Positions 27,368-36,998 of a stretch of 64,000 nucleotides of DNA are shown here, piece by piece; position 1 is the first letter of the stretch, and each line of letters opens with the position of its first letter. Position numbers and translations under genes: made by a program. The stretch covers positions 1-64,000 of the forward strand of contig JBGSZS010000016.1 in the NCBI GenBank assembly GCA_041750285.1, read 5' to 3'. The stretch comes from Candidatus Fermentibacteraceae bacterium. Its GTDB lineage: Bacteria > Fermentibacterota > Fermentibacteria > Fermentibacterales > JCC-6. The notes beneath the pieces are model-generated. The model was not told the DNA's origin and made no database searches. It saw only the letters and a list, made by a program, of their open reading frames with translations.

Positions 27368-28081
27368 ATGCTTTCAGGGCTGATGCGGCCTCGTGCAATT
27401 GCCTTTGCTTTCTTTACATCCCTTGTGCTCCCGGTGGGATTGCTTGCGCAAGGCACCGAGATGGTGCTGGATGACCCGGGCAACCTTGTGGACTTCAGGG
27501 GCCAGGAGGGCCAGACCTTCTACTTCAGGGTCACCGGCAGCACGCAGGGAAGCCTCTGGGGAACCGACATCTACACAGATGACTCGTCGCTGGCCACCGT
27601 GGCGGTTCATGCCGGGGTTCTGCTGGAGGGTCAGGTCGGCGTGGTGAAGGTCACGATACTCGCCGGCCAGAGCAGCTACCACGGAACGACCAGGAACGGC
27701 GTTACATCGGTTGATTACACGGACTGGTACGGGAGCTACAAGGTGGAGGCCGTATCGAAGGCAGACCCGTCATCCATTGCGGCATCAGCCTTCCCCGACC
27801 CCGGCAATCTTACGGACTACCGCGGAATGCATCACGAGACGATCCTCTTCCAGGTCACCGGGAGCACCATCGGCAACGTATGGGGAACCGACGTTTACAC
27901 CGATGATTCGGCTCTGGCCAAGGCCTGCGTCCATGCGGGGATCCTTGAAGACGGCGAAACCGGTATCGTGTCGGTTACGATCCTTCCGGGCATGCCCGGT
28001 TACACCGGTTCCACCCGCAATGGCGTCACGACCAGCAGCTACGGCAACTGGTACGGCAGCTACTCGGTGGGCGAACCCTGA
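27368..28081 (+). CDS. Secreted protein with two tandem LCCL domains
   Basis: Two copies of WGTDxYTDDSxLAxxxVHAG...G.V.VTIL.G...Y.G.TRNGVTS; signal peptide; AAGGAG RBS. Confidence 0.9.
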   Translation: MLSGLMRPRAIAFAFFTSLVLPVGLLAQGTEMVLDDPGNLVDFRGQEGQTFYFRVTGSTQGSLWGTDIYTDDSSLATVAVHAGVLLEGQVGVVKVTILAGQSSYHGTTRNGVTSVDYTDWYGSYKVEAVSKADPSSIAASAFPDPGNLTDYRGMHHETILFQVTGSTIGNVWGTDVYTDDSALAKACVHAGILEDGETGIVSVTILPGMPGYTGSTRNGVTTSSYGNWYGSYSVGEP

Positions 28082-28521
28082 ACAGGGGGCTTCTGATACC
28101 GGCATCCGCAGGGCTTCTGCTCTGCGGGTGCCTGAACTTCGGGGAAGATGTTCTCACTTCCGAACCCACTCCCGAACAGGTGGAGTACTGCAGAACGACC
28201 CTTCACATCCAGGATGGGCTTGAGATCGAGCCCCTGGGCCTGAAGATACTCGGATCGGGCATCGATACTGCGGTCTGGTTCGTATTCAGAAGTCCCGAGA
28301 CTGACCGCGCCCTCTTTTTCGAACCGGGAGTTGCTCCCCCCGACTCCCTCCACGAGAGGGTCACGCTGCCATGGGACGAATCCATGCCCCAGTGGTGGGA
28401 TACCCGCGACCGAACCTTCACGGGCTGGACGGTGGAACTGCCGGCAGCGAAGTGGATGACAGCGGGTTTCCAGCCAACTTCAGACGGAACGCTGTGCTAC
28501 GTTTTCTGGCACGAGACATGA
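28078..28521 (+). CDS. Hypothetical lipoprotein (probable CTG start)
   Basis: The frame of ORF 28180 is open back to CTG 28078, which overlaps the LCCL TGA. This adds the signal NRGLLIPASAGLLLCGC with a lipobox. Confidence 0.65.
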   Translation: MNRGLLIPASAGLLLCGCLNFGEDVLTSEPTPEQVEYCRTTLHIQDGLEIEPLGLKILGSGIDTAVWFVFRSPETDRALFFEPGVAPPDSLHERVTLPWDESMPQWWDTRDRTFTGWTVELPAAKWMTAGFQPTSDGTLCYVFWHET

Positions 28522-28537
28522 ACTGGAAGGCGGCTTC

Positions 28538-29002
28538 ATGACAAAGTGGAAATGGATCATACCGGCCCTTTGCTGCGTTGTTCCCCTCAAGGCGAGCCAG
28601 GTCTTCCACATGAGCCTGGACGAGGTTTTCGGGCTGGCCGAGACGGTCTTCCTGGCAAGGGTGGAGAGCGTTGAACACACCTCCTTTGAATGGCTTGTCC
28701 GCGCCGATTTCGAACTCAGCGTTACGGAGGTGCTGCTGGGCCCCGATTCACTTCCGGGCACCCGCATGGCTGCTTTCTGCACCATGGACCTGCCAAGGGC
28801 CTACATCGATTCAAGCGGCGACGAGATATGGGAGTCACCCGTCGTGTTCGGTTCAGGTATTGAGATGAGCGTCAGCGCCGGAGACACTGTGGTGGTCCTT
28901 GCCTGGAGGGCGGTTGACGGTCAGCCCGTTCAGATCGTAAGGCTCGAACCCGCCGACAGTCTTGGGAGCGTAAGGAACAGGCTCGGCCCCGATATTCAGT
29001 AA
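28538..29002 (+). CDS. Hypothetical secreted protein (possible TIMP/NTR-like OB fold)
   Basis: Signal peptide followed by SLDEVFGLAETVFLARVESVE. Confidence 0.6.
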   Translation: MTKWKWIIPALCCVVPLKASQVFHMSLDEVFGLAETVFLARVESVEHTSFEWLVRADFELSVTEVLLGPDSLPGTRMAAFCTMDLPRAYIDSSGDEIWESPVVFGSGIEMSVSAGDTVVVLAWRAVDGQPVQIVRLEPADSLGSVRNRLGPDIQ

Positions 29003-29015
29003 GCCGGCCCCTGTC

Positions 29016-29771
29016 TCATGCCCGGCCCAGGAACCTCAGAAGGCCGTCAAGGATGGTGAGGGGATGCGGCGGGCAGCCCGGTATGTAAAGGTCGACTGGC
29101 AGAAGGCCGTCTACCCCGCTGCATGTCTCCGGCACACCCCGGTAAAGACCGCCGGAAATGGCGCAGGCGCCTGCTGCAATGACAATCCTGGGTTCGGGCA
29201 CGGCTTCGAAGGTCCGCAGAAGGGGCTCGCGCATGTTCGCCGTGACGGGCCCAGTGACGAAAACCCCGTCGGCGTGCCTTGGGGATGCGACGAACTGAAT
29301 CCCGAACCTGCCAAGGTCCCAGCCCACCGTCGAAAGCACGTTGGTATCGGCCTCACACGCGTTGCACCCGCCGGCGCAGACCTGCCTGAGCTTCAGCGAA
29401 CGCTTGAAGAGTCTTGCCGAGTCACTGGAAAACGCTGCAGGTGCCTCGGTGTCCCCCACCCCAACCAGAAGGTCTTCCCTTCTGCGCGCCGCAAGCCGGT
29501 ACTCACGGGTCAGGGTGATAGCCTTTCTGGGGCACACCGCGACGCACTCTCCGCAGAAGACGCACCTGCCAGTATCGATGCGGACGGTTCCGTCGGGGCC
29601 GGAAAGAACGGCACCCGTGGGGCATGCGGCAACACACAGGCCACATCCGCTGCAGTCGCTGCTTATCACGGGTCTTCCCGAAAACCTTGCGGGAAGCTCG
29701 GGGGGTGGCCCTGACGGATACCTGATGGTCCGGTGCTTCTGGTTGAACCTGGCTCTGAGAATTCGGAACAT
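29016..29771 (-). CDS. Ehr/hydrogenase-4 small subunit: 2x[4Fe-4S] ferredoxin fused to a NuoB/HyfI-like domain
   Basis: CSGCGLCVAACP, CVFCGECVAVCP; GGCNACE, SPRHADG, GACAISGG, PGCPPHP. Confidence 0.9.
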   Translation of the reverse strand: MFRILRARFNQKHRTIRYPSGPPPELPARFSGRPVISSDCSGCGLCVAACPTGAVLSGPDGTVRIDTGRCVFCGECVAVCPRKAITLTREYRLAARRREDLLVGVGDTEAPAAFSSDSARLFKRSLKLRQVCAGGCNACEADTNVLSTVGWDLGRFGIQFVASPRHADGVFVTGPVTANMREPLLRTFEAVPEPRIVIAAGACAISGGLYRGVPETCSGVDGLLPVDLYIPGCPPHPLTILDGLLRFLGRA

Positions 29772-29783
29772 TATGCCTTCCCC

Positions 29784-31241
29784 TTAAAGGTCATGCCCGC
29801 AGTACGAGAGGTTGAAGCTCTTGTTGCACAGAGGAAAGTCGGACACCTGCTGCCCCCTGAGGGCGCAGGCGAGCCCGAACCAGTTGTGGAACGAGGGGTC
29901 AACGACGCTGCAGCGCCTGATGGAGCCACTGCCGTCGGTGATGATGACATGGCACGCCTCGCCCCTCCATGTCTCGGTCAGGGAAACCGATATCGAATCA
30001 CACCTTGCGGGTCCCGAACGTGCCCTCACCCCGCCCCCTGGCAGACCCGAGAGCTGTTCGAGTATGAAGGCAGCGGAACGCTGCACCTCCATCCACCTCA
30101 CTATCGCCCTTGAAAAGACGTCACCGGAATCCCAGACGGACATGGGGATGTGGGACATTCGGTAGATGCCCGCGGGGAAGTCGTGCCTCGCGTCGATCTC
30201 AAGGCCCGAAGCCCTGGCAGCGGGTCCCACAAGACCGATCCTTCCCGCCATTTCCCGGGAGACGGTGCCAGCGCCCTCGAACCTGGAGAGGACGGAGGGG
30301 GTTTCCAGAAGAAGGGAGGCGGCTTCGCCGGCATCGCGGAGGGCGGCCCTGAGACGGCGGGACATCTCCCGGGCGGTTTCGGTGTCGACATCCATCCCCA
30401 TGCCTCCGGGCCGGACGAGTCCACGGCCGAACCGGTTGCCGCAGAGCTGCGCCGTGATGTTGAGGACGTCTCCACGGATGCGGCCGCAGAACGACATTGT
30501 CGGAAGGAAGCCGATGTCCCCCGCGAGAGCCCCGAGGTCGCCGATGTGGTTGGCCATGCGCTCAAGCTCGAGGGCCACCCCCCGCAGGACCTGGGCCCTT
30601 GCAGGGACATCGGTCTCGCAAAGGGCTTCGATGGCCGAACAGAAACAGGTCGCATGCCCGACCGTTGCGTCCCCGGCTATCGTCTCGGCGATGCCTGTCT
30701 TCTTCGGGTCGGAAGGTCCTTCCAGGGCGCTCTCGACGCCCCGGTGCTGGTATCCGAGGGCTATCTCGAGGTGAAACACGGTTTCACCGTGGCACTGGAA
30801 CCTGAAATGCCCGGGTTCGATTATTCCCGCGTGCACCGGTCCCACCGCGACCTGATGAACCTCGGGGCCTTCCACCCGGAAGAAGCCCATGCCTGCGCCT
30901 TCGGGCTCGCGGCGAACCGGCTTCATCCAGGGGTGTCCCCGGAACTCGATGCCGTTCCTTTCCCCGACCTCCCTTTCGAAGAGATGAACCGCGGGGCACT
31001 CCGGCGTAAGGGAAGGCATTGCTGCGTCGGGGCAGGTGCTCAAAAGTGCGAACTGCCCGCGCGACGGATGGGCAAGCACGGCGAAAAGCCGCGTGCGGTC
31101 GGGCATGGGACATGCAAAGAAGGCCGATACCCTGGCCCCTTCAGCGACCGATCCAAGAACCTCCCGTGAGAACTCGTCACGTGAGTACACCGGAACGTCC
31201 CGAATGGGAAGGGAACCGCAGTTGGCAATCAATGCGGTCAT
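29784..31241 (-). CDS. Ehr large subunit (HyfG/HycE-like NuoC-NuoD fusion lacking the Ni-binding CxxC motifs)
   Basis: GPVHAGIIEPGHFRF, LGYQHRG, ELER, RGE, DPSFHNW. The L1 site is ETIAGD and the C-terminus is DFPLCNKSFNLSYCGHDL. Confidence 0.9.
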   Translation of the reverse strand: MTALIANCGSLPIRDVPVYSRDEFSREVLGSVAEGARVSAFFACPMPDRTRLFAVLAHPSRGQFALLSTCPDAAMPSLTPECPAVHLFEREVGERNGIEFRGHPWMKPVRREPEGAGMGFFRVEGPEVHQVAVGPVHAGIIEPGHFRFQCHGETVFHLEIALGYQHRGVESALEGPSDPKKTGIAETIAGDATVGHATCFCSAIEALCETDVPARAQVLRGVALELERMANHIGDLGALAGDIGFLPTMSFCGRIRGDVLNITAQLCGNRFGRGLVRPGGMGMDVDTETAREMSRRLRAALRDAGEAASLLLETPSVLSRFEGAGTVSREMAGRIGLVGPAARASGLEIDARHDFPAGIYRMSHIPMSVWDSGDVFSRAIVRWMEVQRSAAFILEQLSGLPGGGVRARSGPARCDSISVSLTETWRGEACHVIITDGSGSIRRCSVVDPSFHNWFGLACALRGQQVSDFPLCNKSFNLSYCGHDL

Positions 31242-32725
31242 CGCGCACCGTCCAGCACAGCCGCAGCGGAGGCGAAGGCTTTTATCAGGAAGTCGGGCAT
31301 AATCAACCCGAGAAGGAGCAGTGCGGAAAGTGGAAGGATCACGATGAAGTGCTCGAGAACGGTGGCTTTTGGAAACACGGGTTTTGGATCACAGGGTTTC
31401 CAGACCATGGGTAGCAGGAATCGAAGCGCTCCCGCGAACACGATGCACATCCCCAGCAAAAAAAGTGCGGCGGTGACCCATTCACCCGAGCCCACCGCGG
31501 CGCGAACTATCATGAACTCGCTTAAAAAGATGGCGAAGGGTGCGGTGCCGATCAGCCCAAGAATGCTGCTGAGAAGCCCGACGCCCCATAGGGGTGAAGC
31601 GGCAAGGGTTCCTGTCAGCCTGCGCATGTCGTTGGTTCCGTATGCTTTGATGATACGGCCCGCGCTGAGGAACGCCGTGCTCTTCCCAAGGGAATGGGAG
31701 AGCATGTGGAACATGGCCGCGAAGGCACCCGCCCCGCCAAGGCCGGCACCCAGGGAGATGATGCCCATGTGCTCGAGGCTGGAATAGGCAAGAAGGCGCT
31801 TGAGGTCTCTCTGCACGACTATGAAAGCCGCGGCGGTGAGTATGGAAAGAAGGCCCGCCACGATGAGTATCTCCCTCCCCCATCCATGACCGCCTGTTGC
31901 CGCCTCGACAATGGGGAGGGTGCGGAGGATGCAGTAGAGCGATGCATTCAGGAGGAAACCCGAAAAAATGGCTGAAACGGGCGCAGGCGCCTGGCTGTGG
32001 GCATCGGGAAGCCAGTTGTGCATGGGCGCAAGGCCTGCCTTGGTTCCGTAACCGATCACCATGAAGATGAAACCCGCCTTGACCAGCGTCACGTTGAGAC
32101 CGCCGGCTGAAGCCATCAGGCTCGTCCAGAGAAGGGACTCGTTGCCGTGTATTGCAGTCGGTCCGGTGGATGCCGACAGGAGGAGGGTTCCGGTGAAGGC
32201 CATGGCTACCCCGACGGAACACATCAGAAGGTACTTCCACATGGCCTCGAGTGAAGCGGGTGTAACATGAACGCAGATGAGGAACGCCGTCAGCAGGGTC
32301 GTGGCCTCGATGCCGACCCACATCACGCCCATGTTGTTGGAGAGAAGGACGACGAGCATCGCCGAGAGCGAGCCGAACCAGAGACCGCCGTACCTTCTGG
32401 CGGCCGCAGTGTCCAGTGTGTTTTTGCGAACCTCGTCGGCGAAGTACCCCGGAGAGTGCAGGGCGCCAAGCGAGTAAACGATGCAGAGCACCATCAGGTG
32501 AAGTGCCGACAGGGCATCGAGCCTGATCCAGTTGCCGGGGGTGACAAGCGGTTCGCCCCCGGCAAGCACGACAGCCACGGGGAAGGCAAAGAGCAGGGAG
32601 ACCCCCGCTGTGCCAACCGCGCACAGCCGCAGGATGCCGGCAGGTGACCTGCCGGCAAGGCATGCCAGGGAAAGAAGGACGGGAAGCCCTGAAAGAAGCG
32701 GAAGGAGGAGGGCGAACGGTATCAA
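31238..32725 (-). CDS. hyfF: HyfF-like proton-translocating membrane subunit
   Basis: WVGIEATT, SLEAMWKY, GYGTKAGLAPMHNWLPDAHSQAP, KRLLAYSS. Confidence 0.88.
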   Translation of the reverse strand: MIPFALLLPLLSGLPVLLSLACLAGRSPAGILRLCAVGTAGVSLLFAFPVAVVLAGGEPLVTPGNWIRLDALSALHLMVLCIVYSLGALHSPGYFADEVRKNTLDTAAARRYGGLWFGSLSAMLVVLLSNNMGVMWVGIEATTLLTAFLICVHVTPASLEAMWKYLLMCSVGVAMAFTGTLLLSASTGPTAIHGNESLLWTSLMASAGGLNVTLVKAGFIFMVIGYGTKAGLAPMHNWLPDAHSQAPAPVSAIFSGFLLNASLYCILRTLPIVEAATGGHGWGREILIVAGLLSILTAAAFIVVQRDLKRLLAYSSLEHMGIISLGAGLGGAGAFAAMFHMLSHSLGKSTAFLSAGRIIKAYGTNDMRRLTGTLAASPLWGVGLLSSILGLIGTAPFAIFLSEFMIVRAAVGSGEWVTAALFLLGMCIVFAGALRFLLPMVWKPCDPKPVFPKATVLEHFIVILPLSALLLLGLIMPDFLIKAFASAAAVLDGAR

Positions 32726-32729
32726 GGCG

Positions 32730-33374
32730 CTATCCCCTCAGCTTCGCGAGACGGTTGGAATCCATGTGGTCGAACTCCATGTTGATCCGGTAGATCGCTA
32801 TACCCATCACGAAGACCGCCACGAACATGTCCATCAGAACCCCGAGCTCGACGAGGAACGGCACGTCCCTGACTATTGCCAGGCTGAGTGCGTAAATGCC
32901 GTTCTCGAGAACGAGATAACCGATGACCTGGTTCACCGCCGTTCGTCTGGCCACAACCAGGAAGAGCCCCGTGAACATCATCGAAAGCGATACCGGAACC
33001 ACGATGGCAGACTCCAGTTGCAGTGGGAAACTCAGCCTGCCATCGAGCCAGAACGATGCCGAAAGAGCAAGGACACCTGCAAGAAGGGAGGTTGTGTACC
33101 CCACGAAGGGTTTGACCTCGCGACTGCCGGCGGATTCCCTTATGGCACGGTTGAGGAGACGGGGGAAAACAAACCCCTTCAACGCCACCACTGCCATACC
33201 CAGGGCTGCGATCCGGAAGGACAGGCCGGCATCGGCCGTGGCCATGGGAAGAAGACCGACCATGATACCCTGCCAGGCAGCGATGCGGATGCAGTTGCCA
33301 AGACGGCCCGACCCCAGCAGGATGAAGTCGGACAGGATCAGGGCAACGAGGATGATGTCGAGATAAGCGGTCAT
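32730..33374 (-). CDS. hyfE: HyfE-like membrane subunit
   Basis: Multi-TM; QVIGYLVLENG, VELGVLMD. Confidence 0.85.
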   Translation of the reverse strand: MTAYLDIILVALILSDFILLGSGRLGNCIRIAAWQGIMVGLLPMATADAGLSFRIAALGMAVVALKGFVFPRLLNRAIRESAGSREVKPFVGYTTSLLAGVLALSASFWLDGRLSFPLQLESAIVVPVSLSMMFTGLFLVVARRTAVNQVIGYLVLENGIYALSLAIVRDVPFLVELGVLMDMFVAVFVMGIAIYRINMEFDHMDSNRLAKLRG

Positions 33375-34291
33375 TGCAGGAACCTCGTCGAAAGGATGAA
33401 CGCCAGGACAGCTATGGCGCCTGCACCCGCCAGGAGGTGGGGTGTCCTGAGAAGGCTCAGTCTGGCCATGACCGATTCCACCGTACCCACGAGGATCCCC
33501 ACCAGTAGCATGCCCGCAAGGTACGCTGCGGCATGGGGCCAGCCGGTCCAGCCAAGCGCCGTCAGAAGCAGGTTCACGATGAGGGATCCGAAGACCCAGA
33601 GCTTCAGGGCCGCCCCGTAGGTGATCATTGCGAAGTCCGGCCCCGAGTTGTCGAGAACCATCACTTCGTGAACCATCGTGAGCTCAAGATGGGTGTTCGG
33701 GTCGTCGAAGGGGATCCTGGAGTTCTCGGCAAGCATGACGATGAAGAACGAAACTGCCACGAGGCACAGGGCCGTTCCCGCGGACAGCCATTCCCCGTAA
33801 CCCAGGCCGTCGTACATTCCACCCAGTGACATGCCGCCGGAAACCCTGGCAAGCACCCCGAAGCAGATCAGCAGGGCCGGCTCGGAAAGGGCCGAGTAAA
33901 GGACCTCCCGGCTGGCTCCCATCCCCTCGAAGCTGGAACCCGTGTCGAGGGCCGAACTCACCGTGAGGAACCGCGCAAGCCCGAGAAGGCAGAGGAGGAA
34001 TACGAAGTCGCCCTGAAAACCCCATCGGGCCGAAGCGATGGATGGCGCCACGAGGGCTGCGGCGGCCACCGTAATGACGAGTACCAGTGTGGGTGCGATC
34101 CTGAAGACGAAAGTCGTGGTTCCGCTGATCACCTGTCCCTTGCGAAGGAGCTTCGCGAGATCGTGGTACTGCTGAAACAGCGGCGCTCCACTTCTCCCGG
34201 CGAATGCGGCCTTTGTCTTGACGATCACGCCGGAGAGGACAGGGGCGAGCAGAAGGCCTGACAGCAAGAGGATGAGCCCGGGCAAAGTCAC
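33371..34291 (-). CDS. hyfC: HyfC/HycD (NuoH-like) membrane subunit
   Basis: GRSGAPLFQ, LDTGSSFEGMGASRE, ENSRIPFDDPNTHLELTMVHE. GTG start at 34291. Confidence 0.88.
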   Translation of the reverse strand: MTLPGLILLLSGLLLAPVLSGVIVKTKAAFAGRSGAPLFQQYHDLAKLLRKGQVISGTTTFVFRIAPTLVLVITVAAAALVAPSIASARWGFQGDFVFLLCLLGLARFLTVSSALDTGSSFEGMGASREVLYSALSEPALLICFGVLARVSGGMSLGGMYDGLGYGEWLSAGTALCLVAVSFFIVMLAENSRIPFDDPNTHLELTMVHEVMVLDNSGPDFAMITYGAALKLWVFGSLIVNLLLTALGWTGWPHAAAYLAGMLLVGILVGTVESVMARLSLLRTPHLLAGAGAIAVLAFILSTRFLQ

Positions 34292-34295
34292 TCCC

Positions 34296-36290
34296 CTACC
34301 CCAGCTTCCATGAAAGCAGCGCGGCAAGCGCCACGACTATGGATAGCACGTAAAGGTTTATCCTGCCGTGCTGTATCACCCTGAGCCGCTTGAAGAACCT
34401 CTCCATCCCGGAAAAGAGGGGGATGTAGAACCTTTCCGTGCAGGCGTCGGGGGTGTTCGAAGAAAAGCCTGCACGGTCCGGGAAAAGCGCACCGGGCGAT
34501 GCCGGTTCCCTCCTTGTACCGAGAGCCGGCCCGAAAAGACCGGTGAGTGGGTCGGCGAAGGAAGAGGCCGTGTACTGCATCGAAGGCTCGGGTGAACCGT
34601 AACCGCAGCCCCAGGTCGGGGCGACGGTGACGCTGCGCCGCGCCAGTAGCCTGGAACGGGCGAACAAAAGCAGCAGCCCGGCGGCAATCACCGAAACCGA
34701 ACCGATGGAAACGTACCGGAGGGTGCTTTCGGCGAAACCGGCATGCACGCCTGTGGACAGGGGGTACCCCAGCCCCGCCGTGACGGTGCCGACCACCGGT
34801 TCGACAAGACCGACAAGGAGCCATCCGCCAAGACCCATCAAAAGGCAGAGAATGGAGAGGACAACAAGGGGAAGGCGCATGGAGAACGATGATTCGCAGG
34901 CCCTCCCGGCCCCGGCACTTCTTGGGGCGCCAAGAAAGGCCATGCCGAAAGCCTTGGTGAAGCATGCCAGGGCGAGCCCGCCCATCAGGGCGAGACCACC
35001 GGCAGCGATCATTCCGGGGAGAGCCCCCTGAGTGCCGGCACCGTTCACAATACCAGAAAAAGCAGCCAGATAAGCCGTAAGCTCGCCGACGAAGCCGTTG
35101 AGGGGGGGCAGACCGCAGATCGCCGCGCTCCCCACCAGAAAGGCCGCGCCCGTGACAGGCATTCGCTTCATGAGCCCGCCGAGCCGGTCGAGCTCCCTTG
35201 TTCCGGCCGCATTCCCGATGGCGCCCGATGCAAGGAAAAGAAGGCTCTTGAAAACGGAGTGGTTCAGGACGTGAAGAAAGGCACCCGCAAACCCCAGAAA
35301 AGCCATTGCCGGAATGCCGTAACTGATGCCCAGAAGTCCGGTTCCAAGCCCCATGCCGATGATGCCGACGTTCTCAACGCTGCTGTAGGCGAGCATCCTT
35401 TTCAGCTCGTGCTGGGCAAGGGCCATCAGCACTCCCGCAACGCCCGACAGAAGACCGGCACCGAGAAGGGTCCAGCTCCACCACGAGGGTGGCGGTCCCA
35501 GGAAAAGCATGAACCGCAGGAGACCGTAGATACCGGTCTTTATCATGACCCCGCTCATCACCGCGGACACGTTGGAGGGGGCCGAGGGGTGTGCCTCGGG
35601 GAGCCAGACGTGGAAGGGAACGAAACCGGCCTTGGTGCCGAAGCCGAGAAGGGCCAGAACGAATGCGGCCCCTGCCAGAGAGGGATGGGGAAGTGACAGG
35701 CCGGCAAATTCGAGCGAACCTCCCGAGCCAAGCATCGAGAAGAGAAGGAGGATGCACGCCGTGCCGAGGTGGGTTGCCACGAGGTAGATCCATGCGGCCC
35801 TGCGAACGGGCTCCCTGCCTGAGTCAAACAGGACGAGGAAGAATGAAGCCAGCGCCATGACCTCCCAGCCCAGCAGAAAGAGCAGGGCGTTGCGGGCCGC
35901 TGTAACGAGCAGCATGCCTCCGGTCAGCAGGTTGCAGAACGCCCAGAACCGCGGCATGTCCTTTCCCCGGGCAGCCTGGGGCTTCATGTAGCCGCAGCCG
36001 TGAACCGCACAGAGCGCGGATATGACAAGCACGGGAAGGGCGAAGAGGGCGGAAAGCGGGTCGATCCCCACTGCCAGGGATCCCGAGGGAACTCCCCAGT
36101 GGATGCTGCCCGATTCAGCGGGACCGTGAATCATTGACAGAATCACCCCGAGCAGACCGACAGCACACCCCGCGATGTTCGCAACTGGACCGAAAACCAC
36201 CGCGAACCCGCTGCCGCGCCGGAGAAAAGCAGGAATGAGCCCTCCCGCAAGGAAGGTGCACAGTGATACGAAGAGAAGGGCGATGATCAC
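34296..36290 (-). CDS. hyfB: HyfB-like proton-translocating membrane subunit
   Basis: WEVMALAS, KAGFVPFHVWLPEAHP, KRMLAYSSVEN, NHSVFKSLLF, WGCGY. Confidence 0.88.
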   Translation of the reverse strand: MIIALLFVSLCTFLAGGLIPAFLRRGSGFAVVFGPVANIAGCAVGLLGVILSMIHGPAESGSIHWGVPSGSLAVGIDPLSALFALPVLVISALCAVHGCGYMKPQAARGKDMPRFWAFCNLLTGGMLLVTAARNALLFLLGWEVMALASFFLVLFDSGREPVRRAAWIYLVATHLGTACILLLFSMLGSGGSLEFAGLSLPHPSLAGAAFVLALLGFGTKAGFVPFHVWLPEAHPSAPSNVSAVMSGVMIKTGIYGLLRFMLFLGPPPSWWSWTLLGAGLLSGVAGVLMALAQHELKRMLAYSSVENVGIIGMGLGTGLLGISYGIPAMAFLGFAGAFLHVLNHSVFKSLLFLASGAIGNAAGTRELDRLGGLMKRMPVTGAAFLVGSAAICGLPPLNGFVGELTAYLAAFSGIVNGAGTQGALPGMIAAGGLALMGGLALACFTKAFGMAFLGAPRSAGAGRACESSFSMRLPLVVLSILCLLMGLGGWLLVGLVEPVVGTVTAGLGYPLSTGVHAGFAESTLRYVSIGSVSVIAAGLLLLFARSRLLARRSVTVAPTWGCGYGSPEPSMQYTASSFADPLTGLFGPALGTRREPASPGALFPDRAGFSSNTPDACTERFYIPLFSGMERFFKRLRVIQHGRINLYVLSIVVALAALLSWKLG

Positions 36291-36299
36291 CTGGCGCCT

Positions 36300-36998
36300 C
36301 TACGACCCGCCCGCAACACGGGAAAGCAGCATTGCATCGACCCCGGCAGCGCGGCTGAGGATCACATCACCGGGAAGGCGGTCTTTCACTGCCTGCAGGA
36401 ACGGGGGCTGTCTGAGGGCAAAGGCAAGCCTGGAGAGCAGGTTGAGGTGCAGCACTATTGTCGGGCTCATCATCATGAAAAGGGTGTGAACGGGCTGACC
36501 GTCGATGGCGCCGAACTCGACTGCCCCCTCGAGAAAGCAGAGGGTTATCATGGGTTCGGGTATGTCAAGGACGATGGGATTCCTGACATGGGGGATGGCT
36601 ATCCCCTCTCCAATGCCGGTCGAGCCCTGGGCTTCACGGGCCTTGAGTATCTGCAGGAGAAAAAGCCTGTCAACGCTTGCCGGAATGGGCATCAGGGCGA
36701 GAGCGTTCTCAAGGACTGCATCCCGGTCACCGCCAGTGACCCCGTACCTGATCCCGCCAGCCAGCAGGGCGTCACCGATCCCGGCAACCTCTCCACTTAT
36801 TGCCGACCCCGTGCCAGGGAACATGGCAGAGGATACGGGAATCTGCCTTTTCGTGGCCCATTCCAGAATCTCAGTCTTGTTGAATCGGTACTGCCCGCCA
36901 ACCTTGATGGCGGGAAGACTGTCTTCCCTGATCCATTTTTCGAGGGTCTTCTCGGGTAACCCAAAAAGCCCGGCGACTTCCCTCAAACCCAGAAGCAT
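36300..36998 (-). CDS. Excisionase-type HTH fused to a PTS IIA (Ntr/fructose-type) domain
   Basis: N-terminal HTH_17 (WIREDSLPAIKVGGQYRF); RE..GSTGIGEGIAIPH with the phospho-His; HLNLLSRLA. Confidence 0.88.
   Translation of the reverse strand: MLLGLREVAGLFGLPEKTLEKWIREDSLPAIKVGGQYRFNKTEILEWATKRQIPVSSAMFPGTGSAISGEVAGIGDALLAGGIRYGVTGGDRDAVLENALALMPIPASVDRLFLLQILKAREAQGSTGIGEGIAIPHVRNPIVLDIPEPMITLCFLEGAVEFGAIDGQPVHTLFMMMSPTIVLHLNLLSRLAFALRQPPFLQAVKDRLPGDVILSRAAGVDAMLLSRVAGGS

Noticed and set aside
29784..31241. Group 4 [NiFe]-hydrogenase or formate hydrogenlyase call
   Set aside because: Both Ni-binding CxxC motifs are absent, and no maturation or fdh genes are present.
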